Part shown: positions 54,453-63,484 of the stretch, in pieces
How the letters are laid out: the number at the start of each line of letters is the position of its first letter
How positions within the stretch are numbered: position 1 is the stretch's first letter
Source: Myxococcales bacterium
GTDB lineage: Bacteria; Myxococcota_A; Polyangia; Polyangiales; Polyangiaceae
Direction: 5' to 3'
NCBI GenBank assembly: GCA_043747615.1
Contig: JAYTOU010000033.1
Span: 113,734-177,733, forward strand
Length of the DNA: 64,000 nucleotides
Program-made: the position numbers and the translations under genes
The notes under the pieces: generated by a model
What the model saw: the letters and a program-made list of their open reading frames with translations, nothing else
What the model was told of the DNA's origin: nothing
Database searches by the model: none

Positions 54453-55312
54453 AGAAGGCTGTCCCAAAACGCGCTGACGGTGCTCGCGACACGCGTGGGG
54501 TCTTCTACGTGCGGGTAGTGTCCGAGGTCGTCCCAGAGCACGAGGCGTCCGCGTGGGATCTCTCGTGCGAGCTGCTCGGCGATCGGAACAATCGCCACCG
54601 GGTCGAGCTTTCCCCAGGCGACGAGGGCGGGGATGTCGAGCTTCTCGAGGGCGCCTATCCAGCGTCGCCGAAACCGGGAGCGCTCGTCGACGTAGCGGAT
54701 CGCTGCGGGGAAACGCGCCGGTCCGTCTTCCCGCGCGATGAGCGCCCACATCCCGTCGAGCGCCTCTTCCGGAGGCTGACGCCCGAAGACGCCGCGTATC
54801 TGGGCCTTGAAGGTGCGGCTCGTGTTGAGACGCGCGAAGATCTTTGCAAACGGTGAGCGCAGAGCGCGCTGTCCGAAGGTCAGGTGGGCGAGCTCGATGT
54901 GCACGCTGCCGTTCATGAGGACGATGCTCTCGAGATCGAAGGGGAGAGACTCGCGCTCGCGGCGTGCGCAGAGCTCGGTGAGAACGCTGGTGCCCATGTC
55001 GTGCCCCCACACGTGCGCGCGCTCGACGCCAAAGGCGCGCAGGACGGCGAGCGTGACGTCGGCCTGCTCGAACAGCGAATAGCCGTACTCTGGCGGTTTG
55101 TCGGAGAGGCCGAACCCCAGGAAATCGAAGGTGATCACGCGCCGGCCGGCGAGCTTGTCGATCACCGCCGCAAAGTCCCACGAGGAGGTCGGAAAGCCGT
55201 GAAGGAGGACAACAGGAATGCCCGGCGCTGGCCCGGTATCCATCGCCCACACCCGCCCGTCGCGCGTCTCGATCATTCGTCCGCGCGCGCGCCACTCGTC
55301 GATCGGCAACAT
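54449..55312 (-). CDS. Alpha/beta hydrolase (MEST/epoxide hydrolase-like)
   Basis: LLHGFPTSSWD, DFLGFGLSDKP, GHDMG nucleophile elbow, WG..DP, GHYPHVE. Confidence 0.92.
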   Translation of the reverse strand: MLPIDEWRARGRMIETRDGRVWAMDTGPAPGIPVVLLHGFPTSSWDFAAVIDKLAGRRVITFDFLGFGLSDKPPEYGYSLFEQADVTLAVLRAFGVERAHVWGHDMGTSVLTELCARRERESLPFDLESIVLMNGSVHIELAHLTFGQRALRSPFAKIFARLNTSRTFKAQIRGVFGRQPPEEALDGMWALIAREDGPARFPAAIRYVDERSRFRRRWIGALEKLDIPALVAWGKLDPVAIVPIAEQLAREIPRGRLVLWDDLGHYPHVEDPTRVASTVSAFWDSLL

Positions 55313-55330
55313 GCTGTAGTCTCCCGCCCG

Positions 55331-56539
55331 ATGTTGAGCTTTCACGAGGCACAAACCAAACTTTTCGCACGGCTTCCGCGCCTGGGTGGGGAGCGGGTCG
55401 GCCTCGATGCGGCATGCGGCCGCGTTCTTCACGAAGATCTCGTGGCGCCGATCGACTTTCCGAGCTTCGACCAGAGCGTCATGGATGGTTACGCCGTCGT
55501 CACCTCGGACTTCGAAGGGGACGGGCCCTGGGAGCTTGCGGTCCGCGGGGAGAGCCGAGCCGGCGAAGTGAGCTCGCCGCTGCAAGAGCGTTCGGCGTGC
55601 CGAATTTTCACGGGGGCGGAGATTCCACGAGGCGCCGATGCGGTGGTCATGCAAGAAGACGTCGTGCGCGAAGGAGGGCAGGCGCGCTTTGCCTCACGTC
55701 CGCTGCCCGGTGCCTTCGTCCGCGCGCGCGCCACGGATCTCGCGAAGGGGTCGCTCGCGATCGCCAAGGGTACGCGTCTGCGGCCGTCGCACCTCGGGCT
55801 CGCTGCGGCGGCGGACGCGGCGTGGCTCACCGTCGCACGGAAGCCCACGATGATCTTGCTCGGGACAGGCGACGAGCTGCGTGCCCCCGGCACACCACCA
55901 GAGGCCGGAAAAATAGCCGAATCGAACTGCGTGGCCCTTCGCGCGATGGGCATCGCCGCCGGCGCGGAGGTGATCGTCGCTCCGTTCGTCCGCGATGATC
56001 CGAGCGTTACCGTGCGGGCCTTCGACGAAGCCCTTCGCGCGGCAGACGTCGTGGTTTCGATCGGTGGCGTGAGCGTCGGCGACCACGATCTCGTTCGTGC
56101 GGCGCTCGAAAGTCTGGGCGTCGAGCTCGAGTTTTGGCGGGTGGCGATCAAACCGGGAAAGCCCCTCGCCGTCGGTCGCAAGGGCGATCGCATCGTCCTC
56201 GGCTTGCCCGGCAATCCTGCGTCGGCGATGGTCACCTTTGCGCTCTTCGGCGTGCCTCTCCTGCGCGCCATGCAGGGCGACGCGCGTCCCCTTCCTTCCC
56301 CTCTTCGCGCGCGCTCAGGCGTCGCCTTGAAGCGGTCCGCTGGACGCTTGGAGTTTGCACGCGCCAAGCTCGATCGAGCTACGGCGATTCCGGTGGCGAC
56401 GCCGCTCGCGAACCAATCCAGCGGCGCGGTGACGACGATGGCCGAGGCCGACGCGCTGATGTGCATCCCCGCGGAGTGCACCGAGCTTCACGTAGGTGAC
56501 GAGGTCGACGTGCTTCTCTTCGAGGACTTGCTGGCATGA
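55331..56539 (+). CDS. moeA: Molybdopterin molybdotransferase
   Basis: GRVLHED, MDGYAV, RIFTGA.IP.GADAVVMQED, TGDEL, GGVSVGD.D, IKPGKP, GLPGNP. Confidence 0.96.
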   Translation: MLSFHEAQTKLFARLPRLGGERVGLDAACGRVLHEDLVAPIDFPSFDQSVMDGYAVVTSDFEGDGPWELAVRGESRAGEVSSPLQERSACRIFTGAEIPRGADAVVMQEDVVREGGQARFASRPLPGAFVRARATDLAKGSLAIAKGTRLRPSHLGLAAAADAAWLTVARKPTMILLGTGDELRAPGTPPEAGKIAESNCVALRAMGIAAGAEVIVAPFVRDDPSVTVRAFDEALRAADVVVSIGGVSVGDHDLVRAALESLGVELEFWRVAIKPGKPLAVGRKGDRIVLGLPGNPASAMVTFALFGVPLLRAMQGDARPLPSPLRARSGVALKRSAGRLEFARAKLDRATAIPVATPLANQSSGAVTTMAEADALMCIPAECTELHVGDEVDVLLFEDLLA

Positions 56540-57036
56540 CCCGCGCTCGATTGACCCACTTGACCACGCGCGGCGAAGCCCACATGGTCGACGTAGGCGC
56601 GAAAGACGTGACCCTCCGCGTGGCGTGCGCCACCGCCCGTGTGCGCATGAGCGAAGCGAGCCTGACCGCCCTCGGTGCGGGAACGACGCCAAAGGGCGAC
56701 GTCATGGCGACCGCACGAATCGCTGGAATTCAAGCGGCAAAACGCACGTCCGATCTCATTCCGCTGTGTCACACCATCGCGCTCACGCGGGTGACGATCG
56801 ACATCACCATCGAACGGGGCGCGGTGGTGGTCGCGGCGACAGCCGAGGCGCGCGACCGCACGGGAGTAGAGATGGAAGCGATGGTCGCAGCGAGTACAGC
56901 GGCGCTCACGATCTACGACATGCTCAAGGCGATCGATCGCTCGATGACCATCGAGATCGCGCTCGAGGAGAAGACCGGCGGCAAAAGCGGCCCCTTCAAG
57001 AGAGCTCGAAAGCAAGATGGTCCTCGACGTTCGTGA
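56536..57036 (+). CDS. moaC: Cyclic pyranopterin monophosphate synthase MoaC
   Basis: HMVDVG.K, KGDV, LIPLCH, TGVEMEA, TIYDM.KA, KTGGKSG. Confidence 0.97.
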   Translation: MTRARLTHLTTRGEAHMVDVGAKDVTLRVACATARVRMSEASLTALGAGTTPKGDVMATARIAGIQAAKRTSDLIPLCHTIALTRVTIDITIERGAVVVAATAEARDRTGVEMEAMVAASTAALTIYDMLKAIDRSMTIEIALEEKTGGKSGPFKRARKQDGPRRS

Positions 57037-57445
57037 CGGCCCCATCTCGGTCGAGGAGTGCCTGCGAGCAGTGTCGCATCCCTCCGCCGGCGGTATCGCC
57101 ATCTTCGTCGGTGCGGTCCGCGCGCAAAACGAAGGTCGCGCCGTCGTGCGCCTCGAGTACCAGGCTTACGACAGCATGGCGAAGGCCGAGCTCGTGCGTC
57201 TCGCGGGCGCCATCATGCTCGAAATTCCGGGGGTTCGTCTCTCTGCGCTTCATAGGGTGGGCTCGCTCGAAGTGGGTGACGCGGCAGTCGTCTGCGCCGC
57301 CAGCGCCGTTCACCGTGACGAAGCGTTTCGAGCGTGCCGCTTGTTGATCGATCGCATCAAGGCCCAGCTTCCTATCTGGAAACGCGAGCATGGCCCCGAC
57401 GGCGCGTGGTGGGTCGGTTGGGTCGACGCGCGCTGCGAGCACTAA
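57017..57445 (+). CDS. moaE: Molybdopterin synthase catalytic subunit
   Basis: GGIAIFVG.VR, LEYQAY..MA, HRVG.L, HR.EAF.AC, PIWKRE. Confidence 0.95.
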   Translation: MVLDVRDGPISVEECLRAVSHPSAGGIAIFVGAVRAQNEGRAVVRLEYQAYDSMAKAELVRLAGAIMLEIPGVRLSALHRVGSLEVGDAAVVCAASAVHRDEAFRACRLLIDRIKAQLPIWKREHGPDGAWWVGWVDARCEH

Positions 57446-57690
57446 CCGCCAGACACCGGCGGGATCAAGGCGAGCACGTCTCCCTCCGAGAGGAGGTCAT
57501 TCTCAGCGGCGAAAGTCTCGTTGCGAGCGATGCGCACGCTGGACATGTGGTTCCCGAGCGCCGGACGCGCAGCCACGAGCCAAGCGGCGAAGGCTGCGAT
57601 GTCGACGACGTCGCGCGGAAGGTCCACCTGCTCCTCGTCGCAGCGGACGATGTCGCGGAGCGCCGCGAAATAGAGCACGTTTACCCTCAA
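57442..57690 (-). CDS. moaD: Molybdopterin synthase sulfur carrier
   Basis: VLYFAALRD...GDVLALIPPVSGG; TTG start overlapping the moaB stop. Confidence 0.93.
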   Translation of the reverse strand: MRVNVLYFAALRDIVRCDEEQVDLPRDVVDIAAFAAWLVAARPALGNHMSSVRIARNETFAAENDLLSEGDVLALIPPVSGG

Positions 57691-58199
57691 GGCGAGGCCT
57701 TCGGCGACGCATGCCCCGCGCGCCCCGACGCGAGGTCCATCGCGTGTCCGAGGATAGGAAGGATGATCTTTTCCACGCCGAGACGGACGGCGCGCGCGCT
57801 TCCCGGAAGAGAGAAAATCACGGTGCCGTTCAGGGTTCCCGCGGTCGCCCGCGACAGAACGGCGTGTGGTCCGATCTCGTCCCAAGACAAGCGGCGGAAG
57901 GCCTCGCCAAATCCGTCCATCCGTTTTTCGAAGAGCGCGTCGACGACGTCGTAGGTGTTGTCGCGCGGCGCCATCCCGGTTCCGCCCGTGAGGATGATGG
58001 CCTCCGCGTCGCTTCGCGATGTCTGGGTCACCAGCTCGCGGATGTAGTCCGGCTCGTCACGGATGATGTGGTGACGATGAACCGTGAAGCCCGCTTCTTT
58101 CAGGAGCGCGCCGAGCAAGCTGCCCGACTCGTCGTCGGCGTCCGTACGCGTGTCGCTTACGGTGATGGTCACGACGCGGTCCGATTTCCCCTGTTCCAT
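57687..58199 (-). CDS. moaB: MoaB/MogA family molybdenum cofactor protein
   Basis: ITVSDTR...DESG, TGGTG.APRD.T, GFGE.FR, SRATAG, LPGS..AV. Confidence 0.93.
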   Translation of the reverse strand: MEQGKSDRVVTITVSDTRTDADDESGSLLGALLKEAGFTVHRHHIIRDEPDYIRELVTQTSRSDAEAIILTGGTGMAPRDNTYDVVDALFEKRMDGFGEAFRRLSWDEIGPHAVLSRATAGTLNGTVIFSLPGSARAVRLGVEKIILPILGHAMDLASGRAGHASPKASP

Positions 58200-58223
58200 G
58201 CCTAGAGGGTACACTGATGTGTC
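58200..58223. promoter_or_regulatory. Overlapping divergent -10 elements for moaB and moaA
   Basis: TACACT (+, 58210-58215) and TACCCT (-, 58206-58211) in a 24-bp gap. Confidence 0.55.
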
Positions 58224-59213
58224 ATGGTCGCTCTTCCCCTCCTGAGAAAAACGCAGCCCTCACCGCGCCTGGTGCGGCTCTCTCTCACCGACCGCTGTGA
58301 TCTCGCGTGCATCTATTGCCGCCCCGACCGCAGCGACGGCTACGCGGAAAAGAGGCTGGATCTCGCAGCGTGGGGAACGATGGTCGAGGGGCTCATTGCA
58401 TCCGGCGTGCGCCGCGTGCGCATCACGGGGGGCGAGCCGCTCCTCCATCGCGACGTGGTGGAGGTCGTGCGCCGACTCGCGGCCCAGCCCCTTCTCGAGG
58501 ACGTGGCGTTGACCACGAACGCGACCCGCCTCGCCCGGCTCGCGCTTCCGCTTCGCCAGGCCGGCTTGCGGCGCATCACCATTTCGATCGACACCCTCGA
58601 TCCCGAACGCTTCCGCCACCTGACCCGCGGAGGCAATCTCGCGGCCGTGCTCGACGGAATCGAGGCGGCGCGCGCGGCGGGCTTCGACGAGATCAAGTTG
58701 AACGCAGTCATCGTGCGTGGAGAGAACGACGACGAGCTCGAGCGGCTCACTTGTTTCGCCTGGGAAAAAGGTCTGATCCCGCGTTTCTTGGAGGTGATGG
58801 CCATCGGCGAAGGGGCCAAGCTCGCCGCGCGCGTGGTCTCGGCCGTCGAGATGAGGGCGAATCTGAAACGCCTTCTAGACGACGAAGAAGCGATGCGCGA
58901 AAGCGATCGTGGTCCGGCGAAGTACGTCCGCGCGCGGCACGATCCGCGTCTCAAGGTGGGCTTCATCACCGGCGCGACGGACACCTACTGCGCAGGCTGC
59001 GATCGCCTCCGCGTCTCGAGTGACGGCGTGCTCCGTCCGTGCCTTGCGACGAGCGACGGCGTCTCCGCGGCCGATGCTGCCGAGAGCCGTGACCCCGCGC
59101 GGGTCTCCGCGGCTCTCGCGCAAGCCTGGAACATGAAGCCCGACGGTGAGTCGTGGAAAGGGTGCGCCGAGCCCACCGCGGCGAAGCTCTCCATCCGTTC
59201 CATCGGAGGCTAA
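58224..59213 (+). CDS. moaA: GTP 3',8-cyclase (radical SAM)
   Basis: CDLACIYC, RITGGEPLL, C-terminal CAGCDRLR...PCL, terminal IGG. Confidence 0.95.
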   Translation: MVALPLLRKTQPSPRLVRLSLTDRCDLACIYCRPDRSDGYAEKRLDLAAWGTMVEGLIASGVRRVRITGGEPLLHRDVVEVVRRLAAQPLLEDVALTTNATRLARLALPLRQAGLRRITISIDTLDPERFRHLTRGGNLAAVLDGIEAARAAGFDEIKLNAVIVRGENDDELERLTCFAWEKGLIPRFLEVMAIGEGAKLAARVVSAVEMRANLKRLLDDEEAMRESDRGPAKYVRARHDPRLKVGFITGATDTYCAGCDRLRVSSDGVLRPCLATSDGVSAADAAESRDPARVSAALAQAWNMKPDGESWKGCAEPTAAKLSIRSIGG

Positions 59214-59241
59214 GCGCGCTTCTGGCTGTAGTGCGCGTTTC

Positions 59242-61041
59242 CTAAACGACGTCGATGCCCACGATTTTCATCAGTCGAAGCGCGTTCGAGCTCTGCACGA
59301 GCCCTTCGCGCAACTTGTAATCGAAGGTCATTTTCTCGTCGACCACCTGCTCCTCGAAGTGCACGTTCCTTGCGCGCCCGGCGAGCTCCGCTTCGAGATC
59401 CCCGATGCCGAGATCGTGGGTCGACACAGCGCCCAGCGCTCCGCGCGCGAGGAGCTCCCGCACGATGGCCCGCGCGCCGATCAAACGTTCACGGGTGTTC
59501 GTGCCGTGGAGAATTTCATCGAGGAGGAAGAAGACCGTCTTGTCACCGCGAGCGAGATCGATCACGAGTTTGAGCTTCTGCAGCTCCGCGTAGAAGTGGC
59601 TCACCCCCTCCTCGAGGGAGTCTTTGATGCGCATGCTCGTGACGACCCGCAATTCCCCGAGCGTAAGACCGACCGCGCACACCGGTGCGCCGAGGAGCGC
59701 GAGCACGACATTCACCCCCATCGCGCGGAGGAGCGTTGATTTTCCCGACATGTTCGAGCCGGTAATGATGAGCGCCTCGCCTCGGCCCGCAAGGGTGACG
59801 TCGTTGTTCACCCGCTTCTCCGGGGACAAGAGCGGATGACCGAGCGCGGTCGCTTCGAAGTGCGGAGTCTCCGAGAGCACGGGCCAGGCGTACTCCGGGC
59901 GGTCGAAGGCCAGGCCGGCAACGCTCGCAAGCGCCTCGACCTCTCCCAGCGCTTCGAGCCACGCACGCACATGGGTGCCCGCGCGGCCACGCCAGGCCTC
60001 GAGCGCGAGGACGCAGTTGACGTCCCACATGAGAATCGGCCCGATGAAAAGACGGAAGACCTCGTTGTTCCGTGCGTCGAGAAATCCGATGATGCGACTG
60101 ATGCTGGCCATCTCGCGGGTTGCGCTAACGCCGGTCTTGGCGAGCGATGCCTTTGCGCCCTTGAGAAGCGCGGACTCGAACGGCTCGTTCTCGATGAGCT
60201 CGAGCATGTCGCCGTAACGCACGAAGCCGTGCTCGCGCGACGAGACCGAACCGGCGATCTCGAGCACCTTGGCGCGGAAGGGCGCCGCCACGATGAGCTG
60301 GAGCGCGACGAATCCCACCCACGTCCAGTGCGGCAAGCGTGAAGAGAGCGCGATGGACGCAATGGTGCAGATCGGGAGGAGGCGCGCGAGAACCGGCAAG
60401 AAGATCCCGGGCGCGAACGTCACTTCGCCGGAGGCCCACTTAAGGAAGGGCTCGGGATCCGGTTTTTCGGCGCCGAGGAGGGCGCCCGCAGCGTAGAGGC
60501 TCTCGCGAAAGTGGAGGCGAGGGGCGAGATCTTTCACCGCATCTTGGCGGCTGCGGACACTCGTAGGGAAAGTCCCGTCGTGCTCTCCGCGAAGCCAGAG
60601 CGCAAGACGGAGCGCACCAAAGCGTGTCTCCGTCGCGTCGAGGAGCTGAAACAATGAGGCTCGGCCGAAGATGTCGAGGTCGCCCGAGTACGGATGATTA
60701 GGGGTCTCGAAGCTTTCACCGGTGGACGGAAACTCGACCCATTTTCCGTCGAGGCGATCGAGCCCACGCGCGTAGAAGTGGAGCGCGGAGGTGGCGTGCT
60801 CTTTTGCATTGATCACGCGCGCGTGGATGACGACGAGAGCAATGAAGCTGACTACCAGCCCCGCCACACCGAACCACGCTTGCTGCGGAAGCGGCGACCA
60901 CACGATGGCGCCGGTCAGGAAGATCGCCCCGAGCGCAGTGCCGAGGCGGAGGTAACCGATCGTTCGCGAGCGCCCCTCGTGGACTTCCACCTCGCGTGCC
61001 CGCTTGTCGTGGCCGGCGGCGTAGCTGGCGCGTGCGTCCAA
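59242..61041 (-). CDS. Membrane-anchored MutS domain V ATPase
   Basis: Two TM pairs; DLDIFG..SLFQ, GHPLL, ITGSNMSGKST, SHFYAEL, LLDEILHGTN, STHDL. Confidence 0.9.
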   Translation of the reverse strand: MDARASYAAGHDKRAREVEVHEGRSRTIGYLRLGTALGAIFLTGAIVWSPLPQQAWFGVAGLVVSFIALVVIHARVINAKEHATSALHFYARGLDRLDGKWVEFPSTGESFETPNHPYSGDLDIFGRASLFQLLDATETRFGALRLALWLRGEHDGTFPTSVRSRQDAVKDLAPRLHFRESLYAAGALLGAEKPDPEPFLKWASGEVTFAPGIFLPVLARLLPICTIASIALSSRLPHWTWVGFVALQLIVAAPFRAKVLEIAGSVSSREHGFVRYGDMLELIENEPFESALLKGAKASLAKTGVSATREMASISRIIGFLDARNNEVFRLFIGPILMWDVNCVLALEAWRGRAGTHVRAWLEALGEVEALASVAGLAFDRPEYAWPVLSETPHFEATALGHPLLSPEKRVNNDVTLAGRGEALIITGSNMSGKSTLLRAMGVNVVLALLGAPVCAVGLTLGELRVVTSMRIKDSLEEGVSHFYAELQKLKLVIDLARGDKTVFFLLDEILHGTNTRERLIGARAIVRELLARGALGAVSTHDLGIGDLEAELAGRARNVHFEEQVVDEKMTFDYKLREGLVQSSNALRLMKIVGIDVV

Positions 61042-61046
61042 CCTCT

Positions 61047-61349
61047 TCAGGCCGCGCGGGGCTTGCGTTTCGACGGCATGTCCGTCGCACGACGTTGACG
61101 GGATTTCGAGGCTGCCTTGTTCACCTTAGTCGCTGCCGCGGCGACGGCGACGGCGAGACCCGGGAGCGTCAGACGCCCTCCGGTGTCGCCGATTCTATTG
61201 ACGAGCCCGGACTGCTCGAGCTTCCGGAGCGCGGCGCGCAAATCCGAAAGCTGACCCCCGACCCGGACGAGGATCGAATCTGCCTCAGCCGCATTGCGCC
61301 GGCGAGACAACCGAAGAATTGCCTTGAGGACTTCTGTCTCGTAGTTCAT
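61047..61349 (-). CDS. Small winged-HTH protein with a basic tail
   Basis: LRAALRKLEQSGLV.R....RLT..G wHTH pattern; upstream promoter. Confidence 0.65.
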   Translation of the reverse strand: MNYETEVLKAILRLSRRRNAAEADSILVRVGGQLSDLRAALRKLEQSGLVNRIGDTGGRLTLPGLAVAVAAAATKVNKAASKSRQRRATDMPSKRKPRAA

Positions 61350-61356
61350 GTGAGGG

Positions 61357-61386
61357 ACCTTAAGTGAAGCGCTGAACACCTGTCTA
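61357..61386 (-). promoter_or_regulatory. Sigma70 promoter of the wHTH gene (leaderless type)
   Basis: TAGACA-N18-TAAGGT, ending 7 nt before the ATG. Confidence 0.55.
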
Positions 61387-61403
61387 GTTAGTGGGTACGA
61401 TTT

Positions 61404-61835
61404 TCACGAAGGTGATTGATCCGTCGAAATTCGCGCTGAAAAAGAAGGCTTGCGGGCAAGCGCGCCGGCCACAGCGCCGATGGGATAGGCCAAAAGCAGT
61501 CCGGAAAGCAACCGCGTTGGATGGAAGACCGGATGCCAGCCCGCCTCCTGCGTCCCGACCTCGACGAGCATCATCGCCGCTGCAAACGCAACCACGACAA
61601 GGAGACGACGGAGGGAAAGCTCAGGCCGAGCCACGAGAAAGCCCGCTCCAAGACCGCCGAAGATCCCGAGGCAACGTGAGCATATCGGCATCGGTGCTCC
61701 GGAAATCCAGAGCGCGCGATCTGGCAGCTGATGGCAGAAGAAGCCCCACCACGGAGCTGCGGGGAGGGCGAACGGCGCGACGATGAGGATCACCCCCACG
61801 AGCCGCAGCGCGAAAAAAAGACGAGCGCGCGTCAC
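61404..61835 (-). CDS. DUF2085 family membrane protein
   Basis: CHQLPDR......MPICSRC.GI..G; RL.SG.L. Confidence 0.85.
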   Translation of the reverse strand: MTRARLFFALRLVGVILIVAPFALPAAPWWGFFCHQLPDRALWISGAPMPICSRCLGIFGGLGAGFLVARPELSLRRLLVVVAFAAAMMLVEVGTQEAGWHPVFHPTRLLSGLLLAYPIGAVAGALARKPSFSARISTDQSPS

Positions 61836-62320
61836 ATCTCGAGATCGACGAGCTTCTTGTCTCCGAAGAGACCGAGCCCATGCAGCTCGAGCTTGAGGCC
61901 CGTCGCGTCGGCGGGAAGCTCGATCACCGTCCAGTATTCCTTACCCTGCCTCGGCATGAGAGGGTCCAGTCCCAACGCAGTCGCCTGCGTCGGAACGAAC
62001 AACGCCTCGAGCTCGATCCGTCCGAACTGACGTCCCTTTGCGTCGACCACCCGCGGGGCGTCGAGCAGACGCTCCTCCTTCTTCGACCTGTTCGTGACCC
62101 GGTAGCGAATCTGAACGAACTTGCCCTCGGTAGTGCGGACCGCGCCTTCGCCCTTGTTCTGCGCGAGCTTCTGTCCGAGGTCCTTGGCCTCGAGCACCGT
62201 CCACTCCGAGTCATCGAACGTCACCAGGTCGCCCAGCTTGCCCGCCGTTCCGGGCGCGGGTGGTGCGCTCTTCGCGCACGCGGAGCACGCGACGACCGCC
62301 GAGAAAAGCCAGCCTCTCAT
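61832..62320 (-). CDS. Lipoprotein with a DUF4352-like Ig fold
   Basis: VACSAC lipobox-like site; GKFVQI.Y.VTN.SK, VVDAKGRQF. Confidence 0.65.
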   Translation of the reverse strand: MRGWLFSAVVACSACAKSAPPAPGTAGKLGDLVTFDDSEWTVLEAKDLGQKLAQNKGEGAVRTTEGKFVQIRYRVTNRSKKEERLLDAPRVVDAKGRQFGRIELEALFVPTQATALGLDPLMPRQGKEYWTVIELPADATGLKLELHGLGLFGDKKLVDLEM

Positions 62321-62331
62321 GCAGAACGCTC

Positions 62332-63477
62332 TCACCCGGCGCCGGTCGGAAGGCGCACTTCGAAGCACGCGCTCTCACCCGCTCCAGAGACGCACTCCAC
62401 CGATCCATCCTGGGCTTCGATGAGGGTGCGCGCGGTGACGAGGCCGAGCCCGAGACCGCGTGGCTTGGAGGTGATGAGCGGATCGAACAGGCGATTGCGG
62501 ATCGAAGGAAGAACGCCGGGGCCGGTGTCGGAAATGAGGATGATGACCTCCGAGCCCTCGCTGCGCGCGGCGATCGAGAGCGTGCCTGCGTCGCCCATGG
62601 CCTCGATCGCGTTCCTGATGATGTTGAACAGCGCCCCTTGCACGTGATCGGGATCCACGAGCGCCGGGGGCAGATCCGACGGTACGTGAAGTCTCACCTC
62701 GATCGTCGCGGGAACGATCTGGCCGCCGAGCGCCTGATCGATGACGTACCCGACGGACGTAGGGCGAAGCGCCCGCGAACGCACCCGCGCGTAGTCGATG
62801 AGATCGGTGATGATCTGGTCGGCACGCCGGATCTCTTCGTCGATGATGTCTACCGACTGATCGACGGACGGATCCGTTCCACGAAGCTTTCGCAGGACAT
62901 GCGCGGCGGTCTTGATCGACGCGAGCGGATTGCGAATCTGGTGGGCCACTCCGCCCGCGAGCTTTCCAAGGACTGCCAAGCGCTCTTTGCGGATCAGATC
63001 CTCCTGCGCGGCCGCGAGGGCCGTGGAGCGCTCGAGAACCCTTTGCTCGAGACTCTCGTTCGATCGGCGTAGCGCGTCCTCCGCAATCTTCAGGCGGGTG
63101 ATGTCGTGGGTGATCCCCACGAGATGGGTCACCTCACCGGTGGGCGCGCGGAGAGGCACCTTCGTCGTCGCCAGCGTGCGTCGCATGCCGCTGGGCCCGG
63201 TGAATGGCTCTTCCTCGATGACCACCTCGAGGCCCGTCGCGAACATTTCGGCGTCCTTCTGACGAAAAAAATTGGCCTCTTCCTCGGGACTGAAATCGTA
63301 GTCCGTCCGGCCGATCACGTCCTCGACGGGGCGGCTCATCATCTGACAGAAAGCCTTGTTCACGAACACGAAACGGAAGTTCGTGTCCTTTACGAAGACA
63401 GGATGCGCCACGTTGTCCAGCATCTGAACCAAAAGCTCCGACGTCGGACTGACCCAGGTCGCGGTCTTCTCGGTCAT
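62332..63477 (-). CDS. Cytoplasmic PAS sensor histidine kinase
   Basis: PAS (VFVKD...VN.AF..IGRTD); H-box GVAHQIRNPL; N-box NIIRNA; G1 DTGPG; G2 GLGLGL. Confidence 0.93.
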   Translation of the reverse strand: MTEKTATWVSPTSELLVQMLDNVAHPVFVKDTNFRFVFVNKAFCQMMSRPVEDVIGRTDYDFSPEEEANFFRQKDAEMFATGLEVVIEEEPFTGPSGMRRTLATTKVPLRAPTGEVTHLVGITHDITRLKIAEDALRRSNESLEQRVLERSTALAAAQEDLIRKERLAVLGKLAGGVAHQIRNPLASIKTAAHVLRKLRGTDPSVDQSVDIIDEEIRRADQIITDLIDYARVRSRALRPTSVGYVIDQALGGQIVPATIEVRLHVPSDLPPALVDPDHVQGALFNIIRNAIEAMGDAGTLSIAARSEGSEVIILISDTGPGVLPSIRNRLFDPLITSKPRGLGLGLVTARTLIEAQDGSVECVSGAGESACFEVRLPTGAG

Positions 63478-63484
63478 GCACTCC

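Noticed and set aside
52884..55415. 843-aa minus-strand ORF
   Set aside because: Arg-rich shadow of tetR/epmA and an alternative frame of the hydrolase; typical high-GC artefact.
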